A stretch of 62,968 nt of DNA, counting the filler, from Octopus bimaculoides (lineage: Eukaryota), in NCBI RefSeq assembly GCF_001194135.2. It is 4 parts of 4 records of this genome, joined end to end, with 100 filler letters (N's around TTAATTAATTAA, not from the genome) between each part and the next. Parts side by side here need not be neighbours in the genome. Positions count along the whole stretch, not along the records: positions 1 to 24,026 come from NC_068982.1; 3 more parts are not named here. One strand, written 5' to 3'. This document shows positions 1 to 14,009 of this stretch, in pieces; within the stretch, counting starts at the first letter, position 1; each line of letters begins with the position of its first letter. The notes below the pieces were generated by a model, which worked only from the letters and a program-made list of their open reading frames with translations, did no database searches and was not told the origin of the DNA. A program made the translations under genes and the position numbers.

Positions 1-250
1 GCAGCAAACGGATCGCCTAACCATCGGAACGCTTCCTTTCCACAAGAAGCGGAAGAGGATGCGCTCCAGTTTGGTGATGGTAGGGTCGGGACAAGGAACG
101 ACGGTCAGGCGGTAGTAGATGACGGACGCGATGTACGTGTTCGCCACCTCCGCCCGACCTTTCAGGGAAAGCTTCCTCTCGGCCCATTGCCGGGCTAGAG
201 TGGCCACCCTTCTCGTTATCTCGTCCCAGTTCTTCTCCAAAACAGTACGT
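1..250 (-). mobile_element. Tx1/L1-clade LINE ORF2 fragment (region C-terminal to RT), runs off window edge
   Basis: Minus strand reads LEKNWDEITRRVATLARQWAERKLSLKGRAEVANTYIASVIYYRLTVVPCPDPTITKLERILFRFLWKGSVPMVRRSVCC. It has the L1-type 'LSLxGR...FLW' pattern and is homologous to 40878-41300. Confidence 0.88.
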
Positions 251-774
251 CTATAGAATGGAGGCGCGTGGCTTAGTGGCTTGGATGTTCGGTTGGAAGT
301 GCGACTGTCGGCGGCGCATTGTGTACTTGAGCAAAAATCTTTATTTCACGTTAATTTACACTCAGTTGATAGAAATGAGCTCTACCTGTAATTCAAACGG
401 CCAGCCTTATCACATTCTGTATCATGTTGAATCTCCCCGAGAACTACGTGTCTGTGAAATGCTCAACCACTTTGATGAGCATGTTGTTCGATGGATCGGA
501 TTAACTGCAAGCACTCGCCGTCGCAAGCGGAGAGTCAGGCACGTCCATAAGATATTACCTCTGAACAAATACCGCAGTTAATTTGCCTTTCGAGATGCGT
601 TAGCATTACGCGTGAATCACGGACGGATCTTTCTGTTTTTTCCGTGCAAATTTCATCTCTGAGTAATTAAGCTAAATGAATTACTATGGAAATTAATCAG
701 TATACACAACTCAAAATGTGTTCACTAAAACGCTATCAATCTTCAGTATCGACTTTGTGCGTGCGCGCGATAAT

Positions 775-980
775 ATTGGTTTCAAATTTCGGCTCAAGGC
801 CAGCAACTTTGGGGAAGGGCTAAGTCGATTACATCAACCCCAGTATTTAAATGGTATTTATTTTATCAACCTCGAAAGGATGAAAGGTAAAGTCAACCTC
901 TGTGGAATTTGAACTCCAAACGTAAAGACAGACGAAATGCCGCTGAGCATTTTACCCAGCGTGCAAACAATTTTGCCGCC
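775..980 (-). mobile_element. Family A SINE; further copies at about 1790-1975 (-), 11570-11800 (+) and 33560-33725 (-)
   Basis: Shared aaaggatgaaaggtaaagtcaacc...atttgaactc...gaaatgccgct block. Confidence 0.8.
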
Positions 981-1082
981 TTATGTGTGTGAAAATATTA
1001 TTGAAGCTTACATTGAAATTCTGTCGCTTTTCGTAATTCTGTATTTTGATTTGTTTTATTTTAGGAAATCAGTTTGTTGACC

Positions 1083-1113
1083 ATGCCGGCCGCTAGTGTT
1101 GAAACTGGCTTCT
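1083..1113 (+). CDS. MPP2: p55 MAGUK (MPP2/MPP6, varicose-like), first coding exon, MPAASVETGF(S); exon 1065-1113
   Basis: Acceptor ttgttttattttag ends at 1064, ATG at 1083, donor T|gtaagt at 1114. The phase-1 junction joins 10536 in frame (TCG, Ser). Resembles the recalled human MPP2 start MPVAATNSETAMQQVLDNL. Confidence 0.75.
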
Positions 1114-2339
1114 GTAAGTATTCTTTTATCCTTTTACTTTTACCTTCTGTTTGTGCCAAGCTGGGGCACTGTCTTGAAGGATTTAGTCGATCAACCCCCC
1201 CCCCCCGTGCTTATTTTTAAATCTGGTCATTGTTTTGTCCGTCTCTTATTACTGATCGATAAAGACGCTGGAGCGTAAACAATCTAATACCGGGTACCAA
1301 GTGGTTACACACATGCACATCAGTGCTAGGGTTCCAATTTGTTTCCATTTCCCAAATTCACTCACTAGGTATTGTCCTGAGGTTGTAGTAGAAAGTGTTT
1401 ACACAAAGTAATGTGCAATTGGATTGAACACGAAACCTTGTGGTTACAATTCAAACTCCTTAATCATACAGCCAAGCCTGAAAAATAGATCACTTTTTTT
1501 TCTAGATTTTTATTGCCTCTGTATCTCTCAAATGCAGTTTTATATAATCGCCGAGGCACCTTCTGTATGAAAATTTAGATTTCTCGGTTATAATTGACTT
1601 CACTTTATAATACATGGTGAAGTGGGTGTTAAGGTAGTTGCTGTTGTGATTTAAAGAATGTCAGCTTAGTGAAATTAGGTTTTTAGAGATGAGATCATTT
1701 TCTAAAATACTAATTATCGTAAAAAGGCGTAGGGGAGGTGACCCTAGAATGTCTATGAAATATGGCAGCCAATTGACTGTCGTTAAAGCCCCCTTCACGC
1801 GAGGGAGCAAATTAATTACATTGATGCCAGTGCTTGTCTGGTACTTTATTTTATCAATCCAGAAACGATGAAATGCAAAGTTGACCTTTGCGCGATTTGA
1901 ACTCAGAACGTAACGAACCATGAGAAATGCCGCTGCTAAGCATTGTGTCTGACGCACTAACCATTCTGTCAGCAATCGTTCCTAACATTGGGGCTTCAGA
2001 TTCGTGGCTGTTGGAGTTAGTCGATTAAATTGTCTTTAATATTTGACTAGTGCTTTATTTTATTGTCTTTTTAGGAATATGAAATTATAGGAGTGGATTC
2101 CCAGTCCCTTCGCTCCCGCCCCTTTTAGTCGCCTCTTACGCCACGCAGGGAATACGGCAACTGCATTCTACCCCCACCTCAGTCGTAGGGGGCTGTTAGT
2201 TAATCCATAGCTGGGACCCTTACAAGTGCTACCACTCTGGGTCAGAGTAGACTTGAGAGCAATAGTGGCTAATAGGTGGTTCCACACTCCTCAAACCCTG
2301 AAACCAGGGCCCCACTACCGGATGTAGTTTAGTCATACC

Positions 2340-2830
2340 CAGGTATGCTGAGAGATAAAATGTTGAGTATGAAAGCGAAGAGAGGTATGTATGAGAGCGT
2401 GATTGTGCCGACAATGTTATACGGTGCAGAGACGTGGGGAATGGGAGAGGCGGAAAGGAGGCGACTAGATGTGTTTGAGATGTCTGAGGGCTATGGTTGG
2501 TGTGACACGGATGGACAGGTGAGGAATGAGGAGGTGCGAAGGAGAGCAGGAATGAGAGAAAATCTAACAACCAAAATGGATAGACGAATGTTGAGATGGT
2601 TTGGCCACAAGGAGAGGATGGATGAGGAGCGGATGGTAAGGAGTGTGATGAAGGCAGAAGTGGTAGGCAGCAGAACCTGAGGCAGACCTTGATTTGTGTG
2701 GATGGATGGATGGATGGAATGAGGAAAGCTTTGGTGGTTAGGTGTTGGAATGAGAGAGGCAAGAGAATTTCTAAACGACAGGAAGGCTTGGAAAGTGTTT
2801 GTGGACGGATGAGTGAATTTGATGTTGCTC
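2340..2830 (+). mobile_element. RTE-clade LINE ORF2 C-terminal fragment
   Basis: K.GMYESVIVPTMLYGAETW...RRLDVFEM...D.VRNEEVRRRAG...LRWFGH.ERMDEER..R...G.RPR. Confidence 0.85.
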
Positions 2831-3035
2831 AAAGGGGCACGGAACCAGCATGATGCAGCAGGGGTAAACCAACATATGCTGCCGGGCCCCGCTTCTGATA
2901 TTGGGGGTTGCGTTCTATGCCTTGACCCGAGCATAGAACAGGGCTATCCGCTTTGAGCTGGGAAATGAATTGAATTCCTGGTGTGTGTCTTGTTGTGGTT
3001 ACCCCCTCCTAAAAAAAATGGAGAATAGGCTTGGG

Positions 3036-3082
<47 letters not shown>

Positions 3083-4607
3083 TTATCGACACCAGTTGGA
3101 TTCTGAGGTCGATTAGATCGGCTAAATCTCCTTCCACAAAATTTCAGGCCTTGTGCCTGTAGTAGCAGCAGCAGCAGCAAATAAGAGTTGACGAAATTCC
3201 CCCACCCGTACACCATACAGGTCTATCTACGTTTTGGAGAAAACATCAGACTTTGACGTGATTAAGCTGTGTGCCACCATACCTTGTTAATGCTAACTCA
3301 TCTGATCATATTGTCACTACTGACTGACAGGTTGATTATTACAATTTCTTTTATCCCACTAGGATTTGACAGTTTAAAGTTTACATTTAAGGACAAAGAC
3401 TGGCAACTTGAAATGCGAATTTGGAAAGCATGAAGTAATGGTCTCTCCCGCCTTCCACTCCATTAAAGTTAGTGGGAGAGGATTTTTAGCTGTTCATAGC
3501 AGATAATAAATATTTTGCTTAATTGTCTAGTAAACATGTCGGCTCGTCCTTGAAACCGGATTGATAACAATGTCTTCTCAAATCAGGTGTCCATGAAGTT
3601 TCTATGATATTGTGTAGCATAAATCTGATGAGCAAAACGTCCTTTATAAGGTATTAGACAATAACAAGTAACGTTTCCAGATTTACCTTTCCCCGATCGT
3701 TAGCAGTACTGACACAGAATAAACTATTTTATTAAGAGATCGTTATTTGCCTCTGGTGCATACAAACTTATTTGGTTGTCCAACATCTTATCTACTTAGA
3801 AAATTAAAACCTCAGTAATTTTTATATTTAGCTTTTTAAAATAATTTTGGAAGTTATAACCTTTGGAAACAACTTGCACATCTGTCAAAATGGGTATTAA
3901 ATTTATCGATGACTTGAAACAGCCGTTCCCGAACTTATTTTGACGTGGAGAATCTGCACCTGTATTTTACAGACAACCTCCTTTACCTTAAAATTAATCG
4001 GCCATTAGAGTGAGAATATATATAACTAATTTATTAAAATGGCATTCGTTATTTTCAAAATGATAAGTGCCGAAATGGTGGCTTTGGTTGGTGTTATGTG
4101 GAGCTAGTAAATGAAGATATATTTCGTTGGCCGCGTAAATAATAACTGAAGCACACTTGCGAACATTTAACTGAAAAACTTATTGCCAGACATGAATGAA
4201 CACAAATGTTTGCTAACCGTGAGAGAGAAAAATCGCACCGCGTCTATAGAAGTTTCTTATGAGACAATGTGTGAATGTCCAGTTCGGTCTGTCGTTCTTG
4301 AACCGCCAGCTGGCCTGAATGGAGTCGCATATCACTCAGTCGCCTTCAACATGATACGATCAAAAAGCACCAATAGCGTTTTTTTAAATTTTTTTTATAG
4401 GGGACAAGAACATTCTAAAAAGGAAAAAAAATCGTCACAGCTTCGTGCTGTGAATTTAGGCCGATGATATAGTGTCTGACTGGTTATCTAGCGGTTAGGG
4501 TTTCGAATCCAGAATATGCATACAGAGGGCAAGTGTCAGTTCCAGGGGCCTGGTATTGCACTTCAAAGGAGTTTGGATTCTGTAAGTAGGCAATTTATAC
4601 GCATATA

Positions 4608-4884
4608 TGCTCTTGTGCGGGTGGCACGTAAAATGCACCATTTTGAGCGTGGCCGTTGCCAGTACCACCTAACTGGCCTTCGTGCGGGTGACACGTAAAA
4701 GCACCCACTACACTCTCGGAGTGGTTGGCGTTAGGAAGGGCATCCGGCTGTAGAAACTCTGCCAGATCAGATTGGAGCCTGGTGTAGCCATCTGGTTTCA
4801 CCAGTCCTCAGTCAAATCGTTCAACCCATGCTAGCATGGAAAGCGGACGTTAAACGATGATGATGATGATGATGATGATGATGA
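4608..4884 (+). mobile_element. Same RTE-like 3' UTR family copy with (GAT)n tail
   Basis: Shares the gcacccactacactctcggagtgg...aaacgatgatgat block. Confidence 0.8.
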
Positions 4885-6020
4885 TAGGCCAACATGAGTA
4901 CAAAAAGAGAAAACATACGATGAATAAATGCTGAACAATTAGTTCATAGAAGATGCAAAGTTTTGTAGGTTTTTTTTTCTTCTTAACTATAAAAAAGTAA
5001 AAAAGCTTTGTGTGTGTCAAAAACATTAGTCTGAATGTAACCAGAATACAAAGTATTGATATGAAAAAGCGATAGTGTATCTGTTGCAGAAATTTTTCGG
5101 CGCCTTTTATGTCGCATATCTACAAGTAAACTGAAATATGGTTAATCTCTAGTATAAGACCCGGTCACAAAAATGAGAAGAAAAAAATAGTGTAACAGTT
5201 GCAAAACAATGTGTAGTAAACGTTTACTACACATTGTAGTCTTAAACTAGAGAGTAACCTGAAATATAATCAAGGTGTTTGCTGTCTCTTGGGTAGTTTT
5301 CATCTGTGTTGGATTATAATGTGTAGGTTATGGTTGAAAGTTTCATGCACGGTGAAGGGTCTTCCTTTCTAGGAATGGCGTAAGTGCGTTATTGACAAAG
5401 AAGCTGCTGTTTTCCCGCGTTTGAGCAGCTAACTTAAAAAAAAAAAACCAATGCAATGACTGACTTCTGAAGTCCTCTAGCCAAGAGAAGTCGATCGCGC
5501 AAGATAATGAGGCAAGTGTTACTGCACATGTCTGTCAGAGGCTGAATTTTGTCTTCGGTCGCCAGTTCAGAGGAAATGGAAGAAACGAAGGGAGGAGGAA
5601 AAGTACCTGCATAAGAAATATTCGAAGAGAGAATATCCATAACACCATGTGAAGTTGCCATTTTTAAAACAAATTAGTTGGAATCACGCAAATGAAAGGA
5701 TAGGAAAAGATTAAATATCGGCCGTTACAGCAAACTCGGAAAATTTTGGATAAAATTCGCTCCGGAATCATCCATTCGAGAGAAGACTTTCCTCGGTGTT
5801 AAGAGTTGGTTTTGACTGTAATTTTGAGCAGATGAAAGATACGCCTAAGCCAATAGCCATGCTAACAGCCTTATAATGTCTTCGCTACAACAGGTGGGGG
5901 TTGTGATGGTAAAAGTAATGAGCAGCGGTGTCTGTCCTCTTTTAGCTTTCCTCTTTGTTGTGGTAGTGGTAATGAGTTGATTTTTCATGACATAAATGAG
6001 ACGGTCTATTGTTGCAACAT

Positions 6021-6502
6021 TTGGGATCTTTTCCCTTTGGCCGGCACATTTAAAAAATAATTTTTTGTAACTAAACACTTTCAAAATTCGTATACTGGTA
6101 GAATGTGTCACATAAAACATCATTTACTCTTGGCGTTTTTGTGAAAATTGTGTGTTTTCGAAGTTATTTCGTTTTAAAGTTGTCGTATTTCGGTAATTTC
6201 AACCCTAACCCTAAAATCCGGATGTCATAAATAACAGTGACAAACTAGATATACACCGCCGATAGTTGTTGACAAACAACGGCAGTAATTTTATTCAGCT
6301 GAATACACGTCATTGATTGGTTGAAATTACCGAAATACGACAAGTTTAACACGAAATAACTTTAAAAAATATAAACTTTTCTCAACAATACTAAGATTAA
6401 AGGATTTTTTGTATGACACATTCTACCAGTGTCCGAAGTTTGAAAGTGTTTAGTTACAAAAAATTAATTTCTCGATGTGCCGTTCAAAGGGAAAAGATCC
6501 AA
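6021..6502. mobile_element. Foldback-like MITE with about 190-bp inverted arms
   Basis: Left arm ttgggatcttttccctttgg...cggtaatttcaacc is the reverse complement (roughly 80% by eye) of ggttgaaattaccg...caaagggaaaagatccaa. A single arm of the same family recurs at about 36640-36744. Confidence 0.8.
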
Positions 6503-7342
6503 CTTTTGCTTATCACCAAATGTCCAATTTCGTTGTTTACTGACCTTTTCTTGGGTCGAGAGTCGCCAATGTCGCAATGGTGGAGATGAACGTCAGGTGT
6601 CACCAATGTCGCAATGCTGGAATTGGTTGGTGCAATCTAGAACTGGTAAATGAAAACCTATTTCGTTGGCCGCGTGAATAATAACAGAAGCACATGCGAA
6701 CGTTTAACTGAAACATATATTAGCATATATAAAGATATTAAGAATTAGCTATTTACAATGAACAACATAAATGTGACAAGAGAGAAAAACCGAATCACGT
6801 CCATAAAAGTTACTTATGAGACATTATGTGAATATTAAATTCGGTCTGTCCGAGAACTTGCAGATGTCTGCGCAAATGTCTGGAACCGTAGGCGTGGCAA
6901 GAATGGGGGCACATGTCGCTCAGCTGCCTTCTAGACTCTGCAATAAAAAAGCGCTAAAAGGGTTTGTTTGTTTGTTTTTTCCTAATAAAGGGGACAAGAA
7001 CATCATAGAAAACCCACGTCACGCCACAGTTTCACGCTGGTTGGTTGGTTAAGAGACCGATGGCATAAAATTGTGTTGGTTAGCTCGTGATGTCTAACCG
7101 GTTATCTAGCTGCTAAGGGTTCTAGTCACTGCTACAGAAGTAAATCTGAAAAAAAAAAAATGCCTTCCGATATTTGTTCCGGTTTATGTTCTGAGTTCAA
7201 ATTTCACCTTGTTTCCATTACCTTTCATCCTTTCCGGACCGATAAAATAAAGTACCAGTCAAGTATGAATTTTAAGACACCCTATTTCACAGAACTGCAG
7301 AATCTTTTTCTTTTCTTTTCTTCCGGACTCAGAGATTACTTT

Positions 7343-7415
7343 ATGTACACGCACTTCCATGTACATTCTCATGTACACACACTTCCATGTACATTCTCAT
7401 GTACACACGCTTCCA
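7343..7415. repeat. About 30-bp tandem repeat, about 2.3 copies
   Basis: Unit acttccatgtacattctcatgtacacac. Confidence 0.8.
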
Positions 7416-10294
7416 CGCCCATATTATTTAGTTATGCCATTATGTAACTGTCTTCCGATTTACATAACTAAATTGACCTCATTATCAGTAAACCAGGTTC
7501 AAAATATATGTTTGATACATATCTCTTTTAAAAAGGATAAAACCAACATAATAATGTGTGTATATTTTAAATAGCTAATACAAGTCTATCATGACGCGAC
7601 TGTTTAATTAAATGAATACATGACATTGCATTCAAAAACTCTTTATCTTTAGTTAACAAGTAACAGACAGTATTGAAAATCAGACAAGCCTCATTTTTGT
7701 AGTGGCTTCCAATGAATTTATTATTTTACATTAAAATAAATTTTTAAAATGTGAGATTATCTCACCTGGTTACCAAAAAAAAAAAAATCTTAGTTTTTCC
7801 TGGTGAGAAATTTTTTAAAGCAGTAAACGTTTTCACCTTCCATAATGAATGGAACAATAGCGATGAACAATGCCTCACACGCGAAAGCAATATATTTCAC
7901 ATGACTCATCATTGATTTTTTTTAAAAAAAGAAGAGGAAGTAACAAAAATGTCTGTTTAGAAATACAGGTAAACTGTCCATTATATTTATTTCGAAGCCA
8001 CTAAGCTACAACCACTCCTATTCATCCTAATATAAGTACGTACGTATATATGTATGTATGCATGCTTACTTGCTTTAACTCTTCGCTGCAATCCATGTTT
8101 TGTATGACTGATTGATACATCTTTAAATGTGTTGTGAATCCTTCAAAGCCTATTAAAAGCAGTTTCTATGACTTTAATAACGGTCGTGGCTTCATCTTTC
8201 ATCGCTTTGGCTCGCAAGACATGAAAACATTTCCGATCCGGCTTGTCCTATCCAAAAAGTCTACTGACTTTTTATTTACAGTATTTGAACTCTGTCTGTT
8301 ATGGCTTAGGCCATGCTAAAGCAACGCCTTAATTTGGATGAACAGAGTAAAGAGTATCTAATACATGCAGTTGGAACTTATTCATTCATTTGAAGCTGAT
8401 AATTCATCGTCACTACTCTGAGTTTCTCGCATTACTCGAAACAGTTACAGTGAATCAACTTCGAACGAATATGTCATACATTTCATGCTTAATTTAGACA
8501 CTATTTAGTTCTCCAGGTGTCCGACAGTAATAAAGCGGCTTCCACTAACCCTAGCGTGGGTGGTTGGTTAACCGACACAACTGCTAAAGAGAAGTAAATG
8601 ATTGTGCAAATGAAAACTTAGTGGAAGCTAGAGAAAATACTCCAGACGTATTAAAGCTATACGTCTCTCCCTCTTCCCATCTCCTTTCCCTCGCATCCCT
8701 TTTACTCGAAGATAAATTTTTGAGATATGTTAGTTACGTCGGAAGAATTTTAGGTATCCCACACACGTTCGCAGGCTAACTTTTCATCGTTTGTCTGGGT
8801 TTGTAGTGAGAGGGGGGATGCTCAGACTGTCAATAAAGTCTGAATGTATTTTAAAAAATGTTATACATTTTTTTGTATTCAGTGGTCAAATTTTTTGCTC
8901 ACACAGAATCTCAATGATGCACACATTTTAAATGCAAATAACTAGGGCTTCCACAAACACATTTATTATAGAATGTTATGCCTCATACCAAGCCCCATAC
9001 AACACCATTGAATACATCGAACATACATACTTTGCCATGATGGAAACTCAGATGAAACCAGTGTTCAACAAACTTTATTCGTAAAGTGTATATCTTTATC
9101 TATTACTAGTTTTATTCATTCTTAGAACTGCGGTCGTGCAGGGGCCCTGCCTTGAATAGTTTAGTAGAACAAAAGAACCCCAGTTCTGGTTTTTAAGTTT
9201 GTTACTTATTCTATCCGTTCGCTTTTACCGAATTGCTAAGTTACGGGACATATCAACACCACTTATCAAGTGGTGTTGGAGCAGATATAAACAAGACAGG
9301 CTCTTATAGTTTGTCTATCAAATCCGCTCACAAGGCATTAGTCGGTCCGAGGCTATAATAAAGGACATTTACCCATGTGCTGCGCTGCAGGACTGAACCC
9401 AAAATATGTGCAGTTTCTTAACCACCAAGAAATTAAGAAATAACGGGCTAAAAAAATTTTTTTCTGTCATTGTTCCTTACTGTATAACATCCAGTTTACT
9501 CTATTTGTAGCATGAAAGGTTATTAATCAATAAGGACCCCCCGCTCTCTCTCTTTCTCTCATTGTTCCTTTTCTCTATCTCCCTCGCTGACAGTTTTCTC
9601 CATTCATTTGTTGTTGTTCCCAACCCATCCTATATAATTAGTGATTGTCACGTAACGAAGTTACAATGACTAGACAACTTCAAAGCTATAATTTATCCAT
9701 GCTGGTCTGAACAAGCTTCTGTTTCTTTTTCTCTCGCTCCTCTTTATTCGTTTTTCTTTTTCCTGGTCACTGTCAAGGGATTGTTTTCTTAGTTGTTGCT
9801 AAGTTTTCCTGGATGTTCTGGGACATGCTTTAACTTTCACTTCCATGACATAAATTGTGACTACTTGTAAGGAGTAAAATTTGCGGTTAGTACCTCGCAT
9901 GTCAATTAATGAATGCAACTGCAAACATTGACGTCATATCGTTTTTTTTTTTTATACTCTCCTTTTTACAAACAATACATTCCGTTCATTTTACCATTAG
10001 TGTATGCAAATTTAAGAAAATGTTTATGCACCTCTTTCGAAAACAAAAGAAGTAAAAAAAACGTTAAAAAATAATCGTTTTAAAAAAATGTAAGAATATG
10101 TTCACAAATAAACCCAAACAGACGCGAAAAACTGTTTATTTCGTTCATAGTTCCACCTACATACAAATAGTTGGGTATATCCACCCAAGTATTGGGCATC
10201 TTGCCATTTTTCTGGAGATTTTCTAACCGCAAGCTTTAGATTTCAGTGTTGGAAGGGGAAAGAAGTCGCCCGACTGTTTTCATTACCAAGACGT

Positions 10295-10348
10295 AAATTT
10301 TCTTAATTTTTGCACCTGGTAAATTTTCTTAATTTTTGCACCTGGTAT
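10295..10348. repeat. About 26-bp direct tandem duplication upstream of the L27 exon
   Basis: taaattttcttaatttttgcacctgg occurs twice. Confidence 0.85.
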
Positions 10349-10535
10349 ATTTTCCACTCATTTATATTTTATATCTAACTTTGAAACTTCCTCACAGCAA
10401 CTTTCGTTTACAAATTTACCTCCGTATTTTTGTTTATTGACTGTAAATGGAGAAGATTATTAGAAGCCGTAAGAGATCATTACCTGTATAACTGGAACCA
10501 TCTCGTTTTTTTTCTTCATTCTTTTGATTATTTAG

Positions 10536-10657
10536 CGGCCTTTAAGCAAGTTGTTAATAACTTGGACGGTTTGGAAGAGTCAGCAGGGGCAGATGAAAGG
10601 GATATAGAGTTTTTGAAAAATTTTCTGCTTGATGAGAAGATACAAAATTTAGTATTG
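10536..10657 (+). CDS. MPP2: p55 MAGUK (MPP2/MPP6-like) exon, first L27 domain
   Basis: Boundaries ttttgattatttag|CG GCC ... TTG|gtaagt. Encodes AFKQVVNNLDGLEESAGADERDIEFLKNFLLDEKIQNLVL, compared with recalled MPP6 AMQQVLENLTELPSSTGAEEIDLIFLKGIMENPIVKSLAK. Confidence 0.88.
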
Positions 10658-11459
10658 GTAAGTTAATTTTTTTCACTCCCTTTTTTTTTTCTGTGGCTTC
10701 CAGGTTTTGTACAGATATTAAAAAAAGACATTCCAATTTCATCCTATTTCATAAAAAAATCTTTAAAATGAAAGAAGAAAAAAAAATACTCGTCTGAAAT
10801 ACTAGGCGTATATACTATCCACTTTTTCTATTTTTGCAATTAATTATTATTTCCGCATATTTCTCAACGTCTCTATTATATATAATTGTCTAACTACCCA
10901 CACATTGTTACTGTAAATTATATTGCATTATTTCATCAGTTCGTCTTTCATCCTTTCACTTAGCTCTTTTTTTTTATGTTGCATTAATTCATATTTCCAA
11001 AGATTTCGAGGAAATCCTATCATTCACTCACCTAGTATATCACACACTCTCACACATTTGTATCCGTGTGTGTTTGTGTGAATCATTACTGGTAGTTATT
11101 TTATCACAAGCAAAACCGGACCATGATAATATTCTAGTACAAGAACACATGCACACCTTATCCGAAGGAACAAGACTCGTATAATCTGGTCGTTGAAAGA
11201 CAATATCCATCAAATCACTCACGATCACATACACATTGATAACGGGACATAGTGCCGCACAATAAACCACAATTAATCTTAGCGAAGTATTACTATTCAC
11301 ACCAAAAGTACTCAACAAATGTTAATATAAATAACATTGTTGCGACTGCATTATCGATACAGTTAAAATAAGCTGAAATAGTTAACAAATATACATGCAA
11401 TATAAACAATACATGTGCATGTGTGTGATCGAGTGGCTAGTGTCTTTCAACAGTGCATG

Positions 11460-11568
11460 AAATATCGGCGGAGGTAAAGAATACGTACACCACCCGTTTT
11501 CACCGTAACAGTAACCCTATCCCCTAACCGTAAACACCGTGTGTACGTATTTACTTTCGCCGAAATAT
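11460..11568. repeat. Short inverted-repeat element (MITE/HINE-like)
   Basis: aatatcggcgga...tacgtacac and gtgtacgta...ttcgccgaaatat flank a taaccct-containing core. Confidence 0.5.
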
Positions 11569-11902
11569 CTTGGGTCGACTTAAGGTGGTGCATTGGTCGA
11601 ATCGTTAAAGCCTCAGGGTAAAAATGCTTTGCAGTATTTCTTCTGCTCATTACGATCCAAGTTCAAATCCCATCGAGTTCAACTTTGTCGTTCATCCCTC
11701 CGTGGTAGAGTCAATAAAATAGGGTACCAGTCGAGATGGTATTGACTTAGTTCCATCCTTCAAAAATGCTGGCCTTGTATCCAAAAGTAGAAATCATTAT
11801 CTTGAGTCAAGTTTGTGATAAAATAAAAAGAACCATACCAGTGATTGTTTTAGTGCAGTTGTTTGAAAATACATTTGAACAACAAAACTTCCGATCAAAA
11901 TG

Positions 11903-11949
<47 letters not shown>

Positions 11950-14009
11950 CTTAATACATTCCTCCATATATCTTACTTTTTATGATTAATGTGGTATTAG
12001 TCACAACTCTATGATGTACGGATTTTGTTATGACTATACAATGAACCTATATACTTATAAGGTCACACTTTTTTCATTATATCAAAATATACATTTAAAC
12101 TTAGATTTCATCCAGTATTGGCCCAGACTATGCCTATCTGGAATAGCATCAACCGACAGAGTATTTTAATAGTCCACTCAGTTTGAGAAAGTTGGCTATA
12201 GCAAAGTCGGGTATCACTGAATGATTGGTATTTCGTGGGGGCATTTGTCCATTTCCTTCTAGTAAAGTACCAGTTGTTCGCTACATGCTAGTATGTGGTC
12301 ATTATTACGTTAACGATCTTAGAAATGTAGGCTAGATGATTCTGTACTATATTGAATCGAATTTGTAGAAGTGTGTGCAAAAGGACCAATTACCCTCTGG
12401 GCTCTTGCGTCAATCCTTTTGCTTGTGGCAAATTTGATTTTTATTAGTATCTAACATGTTTCTTTTTAATTTGTTATGTATTAACCTAAGCTTTTGATAA
12501 TCCTGCCACTAACTTCTCAGTTTAAAAAAAATTTTTTTAACCTAATATATGTATTTGCGTATAATTTCCATGAAACAGTTATGGGCATTTAGACCCGTTT
12601 ATAAAAACGGGTAAGCCTTTTGGCTTTTATCCTTTCTCGTATATAAACTTGTCAATTCCACTCGAATGATTTTTGATAGGTAAATTTGATTAGCTGTGTA
12701 TGACGGTCCCACCAGAACCGAAGTGCTCTTCACCACTAACTCCATAAGATCTAAATCTGGCCTTTTAGCACAAAGCTTCAGATTTTATCGTTCATGGAGT
12801 ATGGGATCCTTCAAACCGTAGCAACAACCAGTAAGCAACAAAGATGCCAAAACAAAAAGCAAACAAACAAACAAAAAAACCTGGAGTTCGCCTTTATTGA
12901 ATGTAGATGGCTTTTAGCTCCAAACAAGATTATTATAATCAAAAGCATTCCATCTGAGATAATCTCGTCCTTTTCTATGTAGGGACCATATTATCTGATA
13001 GGAACTTAATATTGTAGGTTGTGGTTTTGGGGAGATTTGGTAGTTGTTTCTAGTATACTGACAACGTGAAAGCTGTCTGAGTTGCGTGTGTTGTTTGGCT
13101 ACTATTTCTAGCATATCGTGCTTCCTCTTTCGCTCTCGCTCGACTGTATACAAGTTGTTGTTTAATCCGAGGTCAGTTATATATGAGTAAACCTATGATC
13201 AAACGCATTCTAACCCTGAATATCCCAGTATTTTCAAATAGTGCTTATCTTAGATTTACTGTATGCAATATGTTCTTTACTTAAAATAAAATGCACACGG
13301 TAGGGTGTAACTTGAGAGATTTAGCTGCAATTTCTAGTTGGTAGAGCTTGCTGTAAGTTGATAGCATAAACAATTGTCTCCTCATATTGTTAAAAACAAA
13401 GGCAGTTTTCGATTGTACAACGAGCCACTTTCAATTTGTTACATTTAAAAATTTATATTTGAAGCCTCACGCTTACAACCAATTTGTTTTGTATAAAAGA
13501 GGATAGCAATTGTGGCAATTATTGTTATTCATTTTATATATTTGTGTGTTCATTTTGTTGTTGAATTATGTTTTGTTACTTTATTGTTGCATTTTTTAAA
13601 GACAGCTGGATGCGATTGTAAATAGATTGGTTAGAAATGTTGTTGTCTGTCGATGTCTAGCAACTAAGTCGAAGCCCACAAGATAATCGACCGTCTTTCC
13701 ACCAACAACTATGGTCACCTTTTTTAAATTCAATATCTCTACCACTCGTGGTTAAACCATATAAAACTCGCAAAATAGCGCAGTACCCATGACTTTCGGA
13801 AACAGTTTAACGCTCAGAAATGTTGCAGCATGGAATAAACTATCCACGTCAATTTTTGCTTGTCAAAAGAACACTGCATCCTTAAAAGGTTCCATGCTTC
13901 CTGAAATACGCCAACGCTTCGCCTAACATACCTTTGCATCCTTTCCTCTCTTTAGCTCTTTTTCCTCTTTTTCTGTCTTGTATTTTATTGTGCGTGTACT
14001 ATTGGATGT

